From: Phoronis australis
Taxonomy: Eukaryota > Animalia > Phoronida
Assembly (NCBI GenBank): GCA_002633005.1
Contig: NMRA01000424.1
Coordinates: 202,777-263,782 of the forward strand
Direction of reading: 5' to 3'
Length of the DNA: 61,006 nucleotides
Made by a program: the position numbers and the translations under genes
Notes under the pieces: generated by a model
Databases searched by the model: none
Told to the model about the DNA's origin: nothing
Seen by the model: the letters and a program-made list of their open reading frames with translations, nothing else
In this document: piece by piece, positions 35,186 to 48,491 of the stretch
How the letters are laid out: each line of letters starts with the position of its first letter
Position numbering within the stretch: position 1 is the stretch's first letter

Positions 35186-38100
35186 CCCTCTACGAACCTT
35201 CTCGACGCTAAATGTACATTACTTTCACTTCACTCTATAACTTTGTCTCTGATCCGAACAGTATGGCGAACGACTTGGGTTCAACCTATGACGTTGTACA
35301 TAATTATTTTTTTTTTTCAATTTCTGTGTGTTTCTTTATGAGCTGCGCACTAAAGGCACTGAAATCAAGTAAGATATAATAATAAAATTTATTTTGAGGT
35401 ACTAGAGTCATGTTGTGTACACTTGAAGTCTAGGCACGTAATGTGTGGTTTTCTTCAACTGACCTAAGCTGAAAAAAGATCATAGGCTTAACTACTCCAG
35501 GCATTCACTAGGACCACAGGTCGGTGCTCATAAGGAACGACCGCTTACGTTGTCGTGATGGTATATTAAGTTTGCTGAAACATCGCTGAATGTATAGACC
35601 AGTACCCCAAGAAATTCAATATGAAGCAATGGAATTAAGCTTGATTTTATAGATACTGCAAGTTCAGTCAAACAGGCGGTAGAACATTTACAGTACAAAC
35701 TCCCGTGGATGGTCTCGGCGTCTCAAAACTAATGATAGGATACATAGGTCACGTGTAGTAGATGGATTTTCAGAGCGAGAATGTTCTATGATCGAACTGA
35801 TGACTTTGTGACCTAGGATCCAGAGTTATAAAAAGCAACCTATAACATCTAAGAGATTGGATACTATAATTCGCGCTGTGTGGTCTTTTCCCACAGTTGC
35901 CGTGTAATTCGCTAAAACCATAGATCACGTTTAACAGACTGGAAAGAGTTTCCGAAATGTCCCTCAATGGTTGTCGGTGGGTTACAGAGCATTTTTTGTT
36001 TAGAGAATGGGACACGTGAAACGTTTTTAACATCTGATTATAGGCCAGAACTGAATTCCTGTATCATTTGTAAAATGCTTAATATCACAATTTTCTGAGC
36101 TCTGAGAAAAATCGAAAAGTATTGTCATAACGTGGGATTAGGTGCGTTCCTATACGAGATGCAATGCGAATATTTTAGGCGTGTCAATGCAGGCTATACA
36201 TGAGGGATAGACAAGATAAAGACGTTTCGCAATTCTATCATTATCAAAGCATCGCCAGTCGATGGTTCGGAATAAGTAAAGCCCGTCCTAAAACTGAAGA
36301 GCCATGGGGTTCTCCCTAGTTTGAAATCATTTGCCAAACTTTATGAACACCCGCCGGGGTTATCTGTAAAAATGCAAGCTGCCAATGGAAATCACAGTGG
36401 TAGCTGGACCCATACAAAGGAAATGGTAATCTTTTGCAAACACCGTAGTGATAGGCGCGCTCTTGTCAAGCAACGATGTTGGATTCGTCGGATAAATATC
36501 GGCAGTCCTGTTCAAGTCGTTAAGAACACGCATCTGCAATTACGAAATTAAAAGCGAAAATTAAATATGGTCACTAGAAAGGGTTCAATTATTAAGAAAT
36601 TAAAAGAAGGTGTTGTCGCCATGTTAGAAACTTACATGTATTGGTCAATGTTCCTGGAAAACTGAACACGAACACTCAAGACCCAAAGACAAACGTCACA
36701 CTGAGGATCACAGAAGGAGACAGAGTCGAACAAAAGTATCGACTTATCTTGTCAAATTCACAGCAAATTTGCAAAGAAAGTTTAAGGAGATAATGCCGGA
36801 CTCATTGCGACCTTTTCCCTTGCTCCCAACTTGTTCGATTCTATAGCCCAACAACAAGTTGGGAAGTTTACACCTGTAGCCAATATATTACACAACTGAT
36901 TAACTCCATTCTGGCATTGATGGTTGGAGTGCCAACTCTCTTTTTTCGATAATTGCTCTAATATCCAATAAGACCCTATCTACCCTGACTGGGCTGTGGT
37001 GTTGAAATTAAAGTTAAGTTATAACATATGTGAACATAAATCAATAGCATTTCCGAAATCTTCGTTAAATGGTGATCATGTTTAGTTTATGAATGGCCAA
37101 AGTCTCCCAACTACAACCGAAGTTACGAAAATCTATTTTTTTTCGAATACACCGGTTCACTCTGAGTTTGACTGTGTTCACGTGTAATAAGCCTGCATAG
37201 TTGGCCTGTTTGTTGTCATAACAGACAAAAGAGTATGCTTAGCAGTTACCAAAGAATCTAGACGTTATCACACGCTCAGAAACCCTTAAGCTTCGTAAAG
37301 TCACTGAACGGGAAAACGCTGTCATGTCCATCCGGAAGTTCACTACTCCAAACGTTCAGTACAAATGTTTACTACATAGACGATTAACTACTTTCATTGA
37401 AGGTTTGCCACTTTCGAAAGATCAATACTATGAATTTCAACTAATCCGAAACCAGAACTCCTACAGTTCTCTGATCGTCTGCAAATGAGTAGAAACTGAC
37501 ACGAATAAAGTAATATGTTTGTGCCTATTATAGAACAATTAAAGGTTTAGAAAGAGTTTTATAGTTCTTAAAATAATTTCATTGTTTGCCATGGAACTCT
37601 AAACCTAACTGAAGACTCATTCTCATGAGGGACAACATCTGGGCACGGATCCGTGCTGCGGCGACCAACTGGGGTTTTACAATGGGGAAGACTGGCAGGG
37701 ACAGGGTAACCTGTTATCTACATTTAGTTTCCACCGGGCCGTGCAGGTAGTTCCGGTAGGTGAGAATAAAGTGCAGCGGCAATGAAACTTTTCAGTCGCC
37801 AAACTGTGAGATGTTGCATGGATTTGATGAATGAATGTATCATGGTTGATAACTCATCAAAATACCTACTTCATATACTTTTAGAAGTGCAAAACGTACA
37901 TTGTACTCACTTTTAGGTACTTGACAGACTCATGCGGGCAATTGCGCATGGGCATGAGCACATAAAAACCTGATTTATTACCCGGGGTAGCTTTCGGTAT
38001 AGTTGCACCTAACAACGGAACTTCTGCATGTTAAAGAAAGTAGAAATTACACCTAATTGTGAAAATATGCAGACATTATCGGAGTAACGAACTTTCTATA

Positions 38101-40499
38101 TAGCGAACCTTCAAGATAGTGAACCTTCTGGTCAGTGCAGTGTTCAACTTTCCGGCAATGTAAGCTATGAGTAACATGTACTGAAAAATGCAGTCACATG
38201 AAAATTTACGTCAAGCCGTTAACCAACTTAATATTCCTATCCAATGAAATAAGTTACGCAAGAACGTTCTATTTATGGACACATTACATTCGAATTTGAG
38301 TCATGTTCTTCGCAAACAACCGTCGCGGTATCCTCATCTCTGTTATTAAGAATCCGTCTGATCTCAATCACTTAGAACTAAGAGTCATCGTTGCAGTGCA
38401 TACAAGTTTCTTGTCCCCATGTGAACTCTAGTGACGACATTTGCAAATTATCTAAGATTCACCTTTCTAGTAATTCGAGCACCCCCTGCGCATCGATGGC
38501 TACGCTCCAGTTTTAGTTCTCCCGACTTTTATCGTTTAACCGTCAAAGCTCAACTGATACGCATTGGGTTAGGAAGCAATATCAGCAAGTTTATGCATAA
38601 TTCCAGTAGTTATAGACTCATAGACTTTTGACGTAGGCAGTTGCTTAACGTTTGACACGACAACGTTTATTTTAGGTTCTAATTAGACTCCGCCAGATTT
38701 CATTCCCATATGCTTGTACGCACAAATGACTCTCAAACCTTTTCCGTGGAAAAGTGTGTATCGGATTCTCATCAACCAAATAGTGTCGCTGGAGTACTTC
38801 ATTGTTAGGGTCGAGGGTCACAAATTTGCCACATCTAAAATACTAGTAAGAACGCTACATTGTCTAAAAATAACGTGAAATTTGCTATTATTATGTTGAA
38901 CTTTGGTTCTTTTATTGCAATATATTCTCGCGCTAATTCTGTCTTTATATCCCTTCATCTTTGCCTTCTCGTCCTTGTTTTTACTTCTTCATAAAATAAT
39001 GGACTCTTTTGATCAAATTGTGTTCCTCCTATATATATGTTTTGATGGAACTGCTTTCGCAGCCCTCCTCCAAAACTGTGTTAGGAATGCTCCCATAGGC
39101 TCTACTTTGAAACATTCCATACCGCTGTGTTCATCTAATGTTAGATACCTAGTCAATGGTACTTAAATCGCAATGATCTGCTATGACGTGGGCAAATACT
39201 TCAGCAAACTGATTTGTGCCAACACAGAAGTAACAGCACCCGATGTTGGTTGATTTGAAACAATTATAAAATGTTTTGCATCGACTCCACTGCGTCGAAA
39301 ATGATTAATGGCAATGGCCTTACACTTTTAATTTGTGTTCTCAGTTTAGTACACGATTTGAAATGCATACATTCTTTCATAAGTCACGTAGACTACTATA
39401 GTCCTCGTGTACTTATGGTGATTATGAAGTTGCATGACCTTTTCAGTTGAAATTTGATTAATTCTTAACCAGTTTACTGACGAGATCGTATAGTTTTTAA
39501 AAATCTACTGTTGACGAGTCCCTAGGGTTGGCCAGGCGACTCCTTGCAGTCGTTTCTCTGCCTACTTTACACATTCCATATCTTTGTTACGATCGATTCT
39601 ACACGTTAGAGACATATTTGTTTGACTGGTGTTGTATTCCAATATCGAATTACTCATGACCACTCCACACTCCTCATGAACAGTCCAAACACGTTATACA
39701 GGTCCCCACACCGTGAAAAAGCACGGACGCGACCTCACCAGGCGAAGTCGCGTCTCGGTGTTTCCGCGTATTGGGACTCATACCCGGGTGCAGTCTAGTC
39801 GCGTTGGTTGGGAGGACACTTTCAATCAACACAAAGTACGTGCATATCTGTTGTAATGGATATGATAAAATCATTACAGCTGCGTTAACCTGGCAGATAC
39901 ACCTATCTGTTTAACCCAACAGAATGGGAATAGTTGCACAGATGTACAGTATTAGCACCCTCGTGGCGTGCAAAAAACTATTTTGGTCGCAGATTAACAC
40001 TGTCGAAGACAGTTTATCTAACATATAGTAAAAATTCGAAACGGACGCACCCGTGATACTTTAAATCTTGGTTGGTGTGTTCATCAGAATGGTCAGTCCT
40101 GCTTCGATAAATGTTCTTATTAAATCAATTTTGTTGAACAGAAATATGTATTCTGCCAATGCCTACTTCGTCCGAAGACTCCCTTTGTTCAATAAAGTAC
40201 ACCTTCCTGGTTTTATTGCAAATGCAACTCAACGGAACTACAAAAAGTACATGTGTGAGTTCCATTGTTTTGTCAATATGTTGCGATTTTTCATTTGTCT
40301 GTAATTAAATGATCACGCTAAACACATCATTTCTTGGCCAAAGTACGGTAAACGGACAATTGCCTCACAAATAAAAAGTTCATGTTAACTCATCGTTCCG
40401 TCTTATTCAACTAGATATTATCAGGATATGTACAGTTGGGGAACGTGTCGGTTAACTTTCAAGTCACATCCATGTGGTGAAATTTGAGTGAGCGATACA

Positions 40500-41055
40500 G
40501 GGGAAGTAAGCGGGTCATCACCATAGTATACCCTTATGCATTGCATAAACCCAGCCGTTCAGCTAATAGCTGTTTTCAAACCTCTTCGCAAACTCCCCAT
40601 TATGCTTTGTAAAATGAAATCACCGATCCTTTATTAAATAAAAGCAATGTTGTGAATAAGGTTGAATGTGACAACTGTAAGAAATTCTATATTGGACTCA
40701 CCCAGAGAGGCCTCTCTGACAGGCTGAAAGGAAATAGACACTCGACAAAGGTAACATCTACATGCATTGTATTAGCAACCACCATCAAGCCAATTCAGTC
40801 AGTAATACTTGTAAAGTACCTGTTAAGGAATTACTGTATATCAAGGAGTCATTGGTTATTCAGAATCAGAATACTACTGATTCTCTTAATAGCATGCAGA
40901 GCTCAGGGACCCTAACACTATCATGATGACCTGCTTACTTTCTCTGTTTCTCTCACTCTCATTTCACCACATGGGTGTGACTTAAATGGTAATCGACATA
41001 CGTTGCCCTACTGTACATATCCTGATGTCTTGCTGAATAAGACGAAACGTTGGGT
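40500..41055 (+). mobile_element. Penelope-like element 3' fragment (GIY-YIG) with degenerate hammerhead
   Basis: SNVVNKVECDNCKKFYIGLTQRGLSDRLK; then cctgat-gtctt..aagac-gaaacgt at ~41021-41050. Confidence 0.8.
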
Positions 41056-41637
41056 TAACACGTTAAACAGTACATGCACATAGGTGGTTGTTTTCAAGGT
41101 ACCGTTAAGGTTGTTAACCGTAATAGCTCTTAATATTGTGTTACCGTAATTGTAACAGGTATAGACAACTACATCGTTGAACCCCTATATAACCCAATCT
41201 ATTAACATGTTGACTACATGTACATGTACGTGTTCGTGTATGTGCGGTATGGTAGTATTTTCACAAACTTTCAAATGGATTGATGCTTTATCAAACATAA
41301 TGGAGAAAAAAAAATGTCCATGACATTTTTGTAAACAATACGGTCTGTTGTTTGTCCCAGACACATTTTTCACTTAGTTACGTGTTCCTGTACTTTAATT
41401 AAATAGTCATGCCCTACTGTGGTTTCTTAAGATTGTCGTCACACTTTCCCGTCCACGAGTATGCTACGGCAAGCTAAGTTGTTAGAGAACTCAAGTACAG
41501 TGTACGTTGGATTTAGGGATCGTTTACTTTGAAATACTATGATAGTAGCAGGAGTGGATGACCCATGTCACAGTGACGTGATTGACGGAGACAGTAGTCA
41601 TCGGAGTTCTGACGAGAGAATTATTTACGAAAAGTTC

Positions 41638-42617
41638 AGTGGTGGATGTAGGATATCATAAGGGGCAACGCTTTGTCTCGTAAACAACCGTGCTAAGGAT
41701 GATTGTAGAGGCGCATAACGCCAAATGGGGGGTGGTCGTTTTCCCCTTTACGCCCAGGAGAAAACTTTGTATTTGCATGTAAAAACAAGTTGTCTATCTA
41801 ATGAAAAAAGCACCAAGAATATGTGTATGACTGCAGAATTTGTAAAATACTACGGACTCGAGATCGCGATCCATCTGCCAGAGTGCGCATGCTCTACCAC
41901 TGAGAAACCAGGCTTCCACTTACGGTATCATACTTAGACACATAGTTGTTTATCGTACACAGTTTTTCGTGCGCACCTGCTTCTTTTCTTAATGTCTGTT
42001 GAGCACTGAAACCTGATAGTAGCAAGAGTTGTTCTTAATGTTGTCTTAAGGGTCCAAAAACAAATCCTTTTTTGTGTTGGCATTAACCACGCGATTGCTT
42101 CGCAAATCGTCTTAATTTTAAATTGGACAAATAGAGAAATACATCTATGAGTTTCTGAGTGATTCACCTTGGATTCTGTTAAACTTTACATCATATCACC
42201 GGCTTTTTTTAATTCCTCCTCACTCAGCTTCCGCTTTTGTTGAAAAATTGAAGTAATTTTCTTCCTTGCACGGTGGACCAGACGACAGAAACAGACTGGT
42301 AGTGCGCAGCACCAATGTCGGTTGCCCGGGATGCATGAACATATCGACCGAAACCGACACTTAGCCACACGTATAGTTACCGTTACGATTGCACCGAATT
42401 TCTGAAACAGACGCTTAAAATCGGGTCTTCGCTTCGGCCATCCCTTTCACACAAGTACACACTAACTAAAATTCTACTCATTTTTGAATCTTGTCTTAGC
42501 TGTGTAACGTTCATTGATGGAGGTAATTAATAACGCAATAGTTCTTCAAGTTTGTATTTATTGATACTTTTGCGGCAGCCAAAGGGGGTAAGGTTGCCCT
42601 CTCTATATCCGCCTATG
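41638..42617. mobile_element. Possible non-autonomous hAT-like element
   Basis: CAGTGGTGGATGTAG / CTATATCCGCCTATG ends resemble the small MITE family; minus-strand KKITSIFQQKRK resembles a transposase N-terminus; no TSD. Confidence 0.35.
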
Positions 42618-45600
42618 CTGTCGATGATTTCGGTACCGAAATTGCTCACATGTACATGTAACTCGTGCTGTTAGACTCCCTCCCCACATTGTTCATTGTT
42701 ACGACGTGTGATTTCTTTTTCATTCGACCTTGGCCGCCTCATGATATGAACAGCATAACTTCCTGGCTTTGCTCTGAAGTATCTACCCCCTGAAGTCGTA
42801 GGCTATTTCACTCAGAACAAGGTCAGAAGCACAGCGCATTATTGAAACATATTTACTTTGTGAACAAGTACTTATCAAATTTTCGGCAGTGGGTCTTGTG
42901 AAAATGAACTCCATGCTGAAATAATTTTGATCGAAGAATCCTATTGATAACGGGTTGAACAAAAGTGAGTTTTAATGTGTTTGCACGAATAAAGCCATTT
43001 GTTCACAATACAGATAATCCGTATCAATTTCCAGGAAATTGTCTTGGAAGTTTTATCTTGTGGCATATTCCCATCATAATCTTGACCACGGAATTCTATA
43101 TCTAACTGCAAACAGCATCCACACCATCATCCATAATAAAATCTTTCAAAACTGTGAGAGATCAGCAGAGAGAATGTAATAAGAAGGCAGTAATTTCAAG
43201 TGAGTGCATGCACAGACCGAGTGCTACTGACACAGTAAAATGTTCTCAATAATTGGACATTTTGTTATTGTACCTGGTCAGTTCCCATAAAATAATCAGA
43301 GACACCCTATCAGTTGCCGTATGTGTTATTGCGCGTATGAATACTCTAGGCAATCGGCCCACACTACTCATATAATTAACACAACAATAAAATGCACTTA
43401 TTACGGATACGAATGTGTAGTAGCCTCAATTGTGAAGTGTGTTTTGTCCGAAAACAGAAGGATGATACACAAATTTGATTAGAGTTTGAAATACCCTGTC
43501 TCCAGAAATTTTTATTCGTCTTAAAATCCAGGATTAGATGTATTTATCCAACATATCCATGGTAACATTCTAATTCTCAGATCATCATGAAATGGGCACA
43601 TGCAAATAACGTTATATTCATCCCCAGTAATATTATAAGCAAGGTTCTGTTTACATCAAAGACATATGCGGAGTTGATTGTCGATGGAAAAGTATCAACT
43701 TACCTCAACCATCAGCCTCTGGTCAGAACTTCGGAATCTTACAACGGAAGTGATAAAGCAGCGAGGGGACTTTTATGAAAAATAAGTTTCAAGATTAAAC
43801 GTCGTTTTGAAAATCGAACATGCACACAAATTTACATTATTTTGTTCCCCTGTGCTCCATTCTTACAAAAAACAATCATTGACTCTACGTTCAATGTTTT
43901 TATTAGTTTTTCACGAATGGGTGTCCCGCCACAGTTTTTGAATTTGTGCAGGACAATAAAATACTGGAACACCTGACTAAAGTGGTGAGTGTTTCTTCAG
44001 TGTCAACATCTCGGGTGCTTTTTTAAAAATACCGTTTTTTGCATTTTAGATCGAACCTGTGATAAAATTCTCTATGAATCACACAACCAGATAGACTGCT
44101 CGATTTCACATGAATCTCAAAAAGACTGCATTGTTCCCACAGTAGCTTCAAAAGTTGGCTGATCAATTCTGTCTTTTGTGAGATTCTAAGCTATGGATAT
44201 TCTCCAGTGAAACATCAACTCTCTTCCGCCACTCAAAAATTTTTTTGATATTCCCTTTTCTCTTTCTCCCTCTCCGTTAATTATATTAATTGATACCAGC
44301 TCTCGGTTTCACCCAGAAATTTGGCAACGTGCATTTACATGCTGTTTAAATGTTTCCATTCTCTTATATGACATGAAAACGTACAGTAGGAAATATATTC
44401 GTTGCCAAAGGCACCGGGAACGACATAGATTCCACAGCAGCATGAGTACAATCTGAATTGTAAGGAAGGTGGATTAAGTCAAACATAATTTGCCAAGTGT
44501 CATAAAACAATCAGCATTTTTCTTTGTATTTTGTATTACGCCTTTCAAGATCTGCACAATTAAAATCAATTATAGCAGTTCCTTCAGGTTCATTTCAATC
44601 GAAATAGCATTGCTAGTTTGCAATGCATCTAGACTGTGTTATATACATACTTATAGATCTGACTATTCCCTGGGAAGTATAGTAGTAGTGTAGTAGTGTG
44701 CAAAGCACGGGAAGCTTTTACAGTGTTCGAAACATTTCTTTTTCTTGGGACAAGTTCTTCTGGCCTCTTATATCGACGTGGGCGCCGCCATATTGAATCT
44801 TCAGTGTATATAGAGTGTTTCCGGTAAAAGTTCGTACAAGTTCAAAGTTCAGGTCTGCGTTACACTTAGATATCACAGGATAGTTGAAAATGTATAAACT
44901 CATACCTTCTCGAAGCCGCCTTGCAGCGCGACTGTTTATTTTCAATCAGCGGCGGTTGCTGTCTGGCAGTGTTGTCTACACATTGTATCTCCAAGGCGGA
45001 TGCCACCTTCAGGAGTTATAGAAAGGAGCAATATATATATGGGCTTATATTAAATATATCGATGGTATTTCTAGTATTCAATCGAACGAGGATTGAAAAA
45101 ACAGACTCTGCCCATTGGCCATTATTTCTGGACTTCAGAACCATTTCTTCACAAACTCGTTTTCAATTCAATTAATAACCAGGAATAGTGCTAACTATGC
45201 AGTGGTTGTTGTAGTAACTTTTGAAAGGTTAAACTTTAGATGTGTTCTTCCAAAAATTATAGCCATGTTTGTCTCAATCTGAAGGCTAGATTACGTAACA
45301 TTTCAGTCACCAATTAATCATCTGCCAAAGTGTTCCTGTTTATTTTTATGGGAAGTGACGGGATGAAATAAAAAAAAATCTCATTATTAGGAACATTTTA
45401 CTGTGTCACTGAACTCTTTGCGTGCACTCACTTGAAATTGCTGCCTTTTCGTTACAAGAGCATCGCCTCTGCTGTGCTCTTACAGTTTTTGAAGTTTTTT
45501 ACGGATGATATCTTGGATATCTGATGACACTGGGTCTCAGACTTAGATATAGACTTCAGTGATTATGGATATGATTGTGTGGATAGTGATGGCATCGTGT

Positions 45601-48491
45601 GGTCAGTATTAGATATAGATTTTAGTGATCCAGATTATGATGAGGATATGCCACAAGAAAAAAAATCATGACATGTTTTCGGGAAATTTATATCGATAAT
45701 TTGCAAACAAATGCCCTTTGTTTCTAGAAAACAAAAAAGTTAAACTCATTTTCTTCAATCCTTCATCAAAATTATTTTTTCATAAAATTTATATGAGCAT
45801 GCAGCTCATTTACCCAAGACACACTGGGGAAAATTTGGTTAGTATACCTTTTCCGATATGCAAAATTGATTAAAGACACGACACTTGTCGTTATTAACAG
45901 TTTTATTCCATTCCGTTCGTGTGCTCGGAATAACGTTATACACTCGACAGAGCATTGGTGAAGCAACTGACGAATGGGCATGATTAAAAGACACACGGTA
46001 TTTAGAAACAAAACATACTTGTTTCATTCTCAAGTGGAAATAAAATGACGCAGTAATACCACCACAGAGCATAAGCTGAAGACATACACATAAATACTAC
46101 AAAGAACGACTTGATGAGGTTTTAACTATATGCAGTGCTTCCGACCTTGTTCTGAGTGAAATAGAGCACACTACGTCTTCACCAGGGTAGAAATTCCACA
46201 TCACACCCAGGCCATTATGCTGTTTTCACCGTATGTTCATCATGGTCGAATGGAAAAAAATCACATGTTGAAATAATGAAGAGTCACTACAACGGGTCTT
46301 GTTGAATGAAATGCAACAAATATTGCCAAACCAACCCAATAGCGTTTATATAATTTCCAACTGTCACGGCAATGTAACAAATTTATAAAACTATGAACAA
46401 CTAGCGCTAGCTACATGTACAGGTACATGCGTAGTGAAAAAATAACTATAGCAGTTACACGTCGCACAACAGATGGTCTTTTAAATCTTGAAAGTCTCCA
46501 GGACTAGACATGATATATCACATAATGCTGCAAGAGGCTAGTATACCACTATTCCATGCACTTAGAAATGCAACGTTCTTCAGAGCCAGTCTTTAATTAG
46601 GTTGTAGGCCTAATCTCAATATTTTAAGTAAGGCATGGTAATCTTTATACCTAAACCATTGGAGGATTCGTACCTTTTGAAACCGAAAATCTTAACATGC
46701 ATCCTCTCAAAAGATTGGATAGGCTAATTCTGTGTAATTTTGATTAACAAGGTATGCATAACAAAACAACCCGTATACTAATAGACGAAGACGGGTCTAT
46801 ATCGTCTGGTTGCCCGACTGGAAGGGGCGTTTTTATAGCCAATTTGTCATCTGCACCTTCATTAACCTTGTTGGTACATTCAGATATATTGAGCATGATG
46901 TGAACTGAGTACTACTAAACAGCGGCTCGCATCGACTAGGGACATGACAGAGGGAGAAACATAAAAACTGGTGCTTATTAATTTTTTTTAATTAAACATC
47001 TGCAATAGTTATTTTGAGTGGCGCTGGCTCACAGATTTTGCATCCACCGCCGCCGGAAGTTTTCAAGTAGTTAATCTAACGATTTCTTAGAATTTCTCGC
47101 CTTATTCAATTTAAATAACTCTCTCACATTATTCTCACCAGGAAGTACACTCGCGACGATATATTCAAAAGTATGTTTTTTACGTTTTGCGCATCATACA
47201 TGTACATATTGGAATTATGTCTCTTTTTCAATGTAGTTTAGTTCGACATTGATAGATAGATCAAAACGAAAAACAAATTCCCGAAAGAGTGAAGCGTCGC
47301 ATTAATTTCAAGACAAGTGTAATATATGGCAAAAGACACAGACCCACACTCTTCTACCTTTCCATGTGTGTCTTGAGCCCCGTGAATATTGGGAGTTCGG
47401 TATAGAAGTTCAATAGCTCATTTGAGAGTGCAAAACAGAGGGCCATTTTACCTGCGTATTATAGAGAATAAAGTTTCCGGTTACAAATGTTTTACACTCT
47501 TTGTTTCGCGGTCATGGCCACAATGTGGCAGCTTGAGACAACCTGGAGTAATAAAACTTATTGGTAGGTGAGTGCGTGAGGTTTCACACGAAGAGTGAAG
47601 CAATGACAAACATTGTAATTCATCAAACAATCATCACTTGAAACTATCCAATTAAAATACAGTATTAATCGACTCCACGATCTTCTTGAACGAATTGACA
47701 TGACGTAAGCTGCGGTTGGATGCATATTTATGCCATGCCCAAGACGCCTAGTGCACCATATTTCGAAAGATGTTTGCAGTTGCGCGAGCTCGGTGGTTCC
47801 AGTTTGGTTTTGTATCATCAGTGCTGCTCACGGTCTCTTTTGGCTTCCTGCAAGAGAAAAGTGGCATGACTGATAAGTACATCGATAGCAACGCTCGAGG
47901 ACACTTGGAAAAGGTAAAACAAACGGCGCGATTCAATTTGAATTAATGTTGAACCAAAAATGACACTGTGTTAGTGAAGTCTACATAAGTCAAAAACATG
48001 CATGGGTTCGGTTAAAGGTTTAGCTTAAATTTATCGCCAAATACGCTTAAGCGTTGAGCAAGGATTCTAAAAACACGCAATTGCTATTATAGCTTTCTAA
48101 GTTACCATTTTACATTCTTACGATGTAACCTTAAAATACGGTTTTGCCATGAATACATAAAAAATGGTTTAGTATAGTATAATGCACGAATTTGAAAACA
48201 ATTTTACAGTTTGGAGAAAATTGATAGTTTTGCAAAGTTTGAATTTAGAAATATTCCAAGTTACTGTATACTATGAATACGTGGAAACAAGAGGATGGAC
48301 AAAAATTCATTAAACGCAGTGTAAGAGTTTTGTATTCGAATACCTGCGTGGCAAACCAAAAATATTGCCGAAATGTAGTCAAAATCCTTTGTGAATAAAA
48401 CCACATTTACATGTCTTCACATTCGGGAAGGAAAAAGTATACAATAATTCCCAGCAGAGCAGTAGAATAGTTTCATGAGTTAAAATATGTA

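Larger units (their letters stand above)
34460..35423. mobile_element. Internally deleted Kolobok-like DNA transposon
   Basis: TTAA|acagtacacaccatg ... catgttgtgtacact|TGAA (12/15 TIR match). Minus-strand THAP remnant converges on a plus-strand acidic ORF start. Confidence 0.7.

Noticed and set aside
39585-39877. Short solo LTR (TGTTAC...TTACA); a similar case at 58620-58846
   Set aside because: TG...CA ends but no TSD and no second copy in the window.
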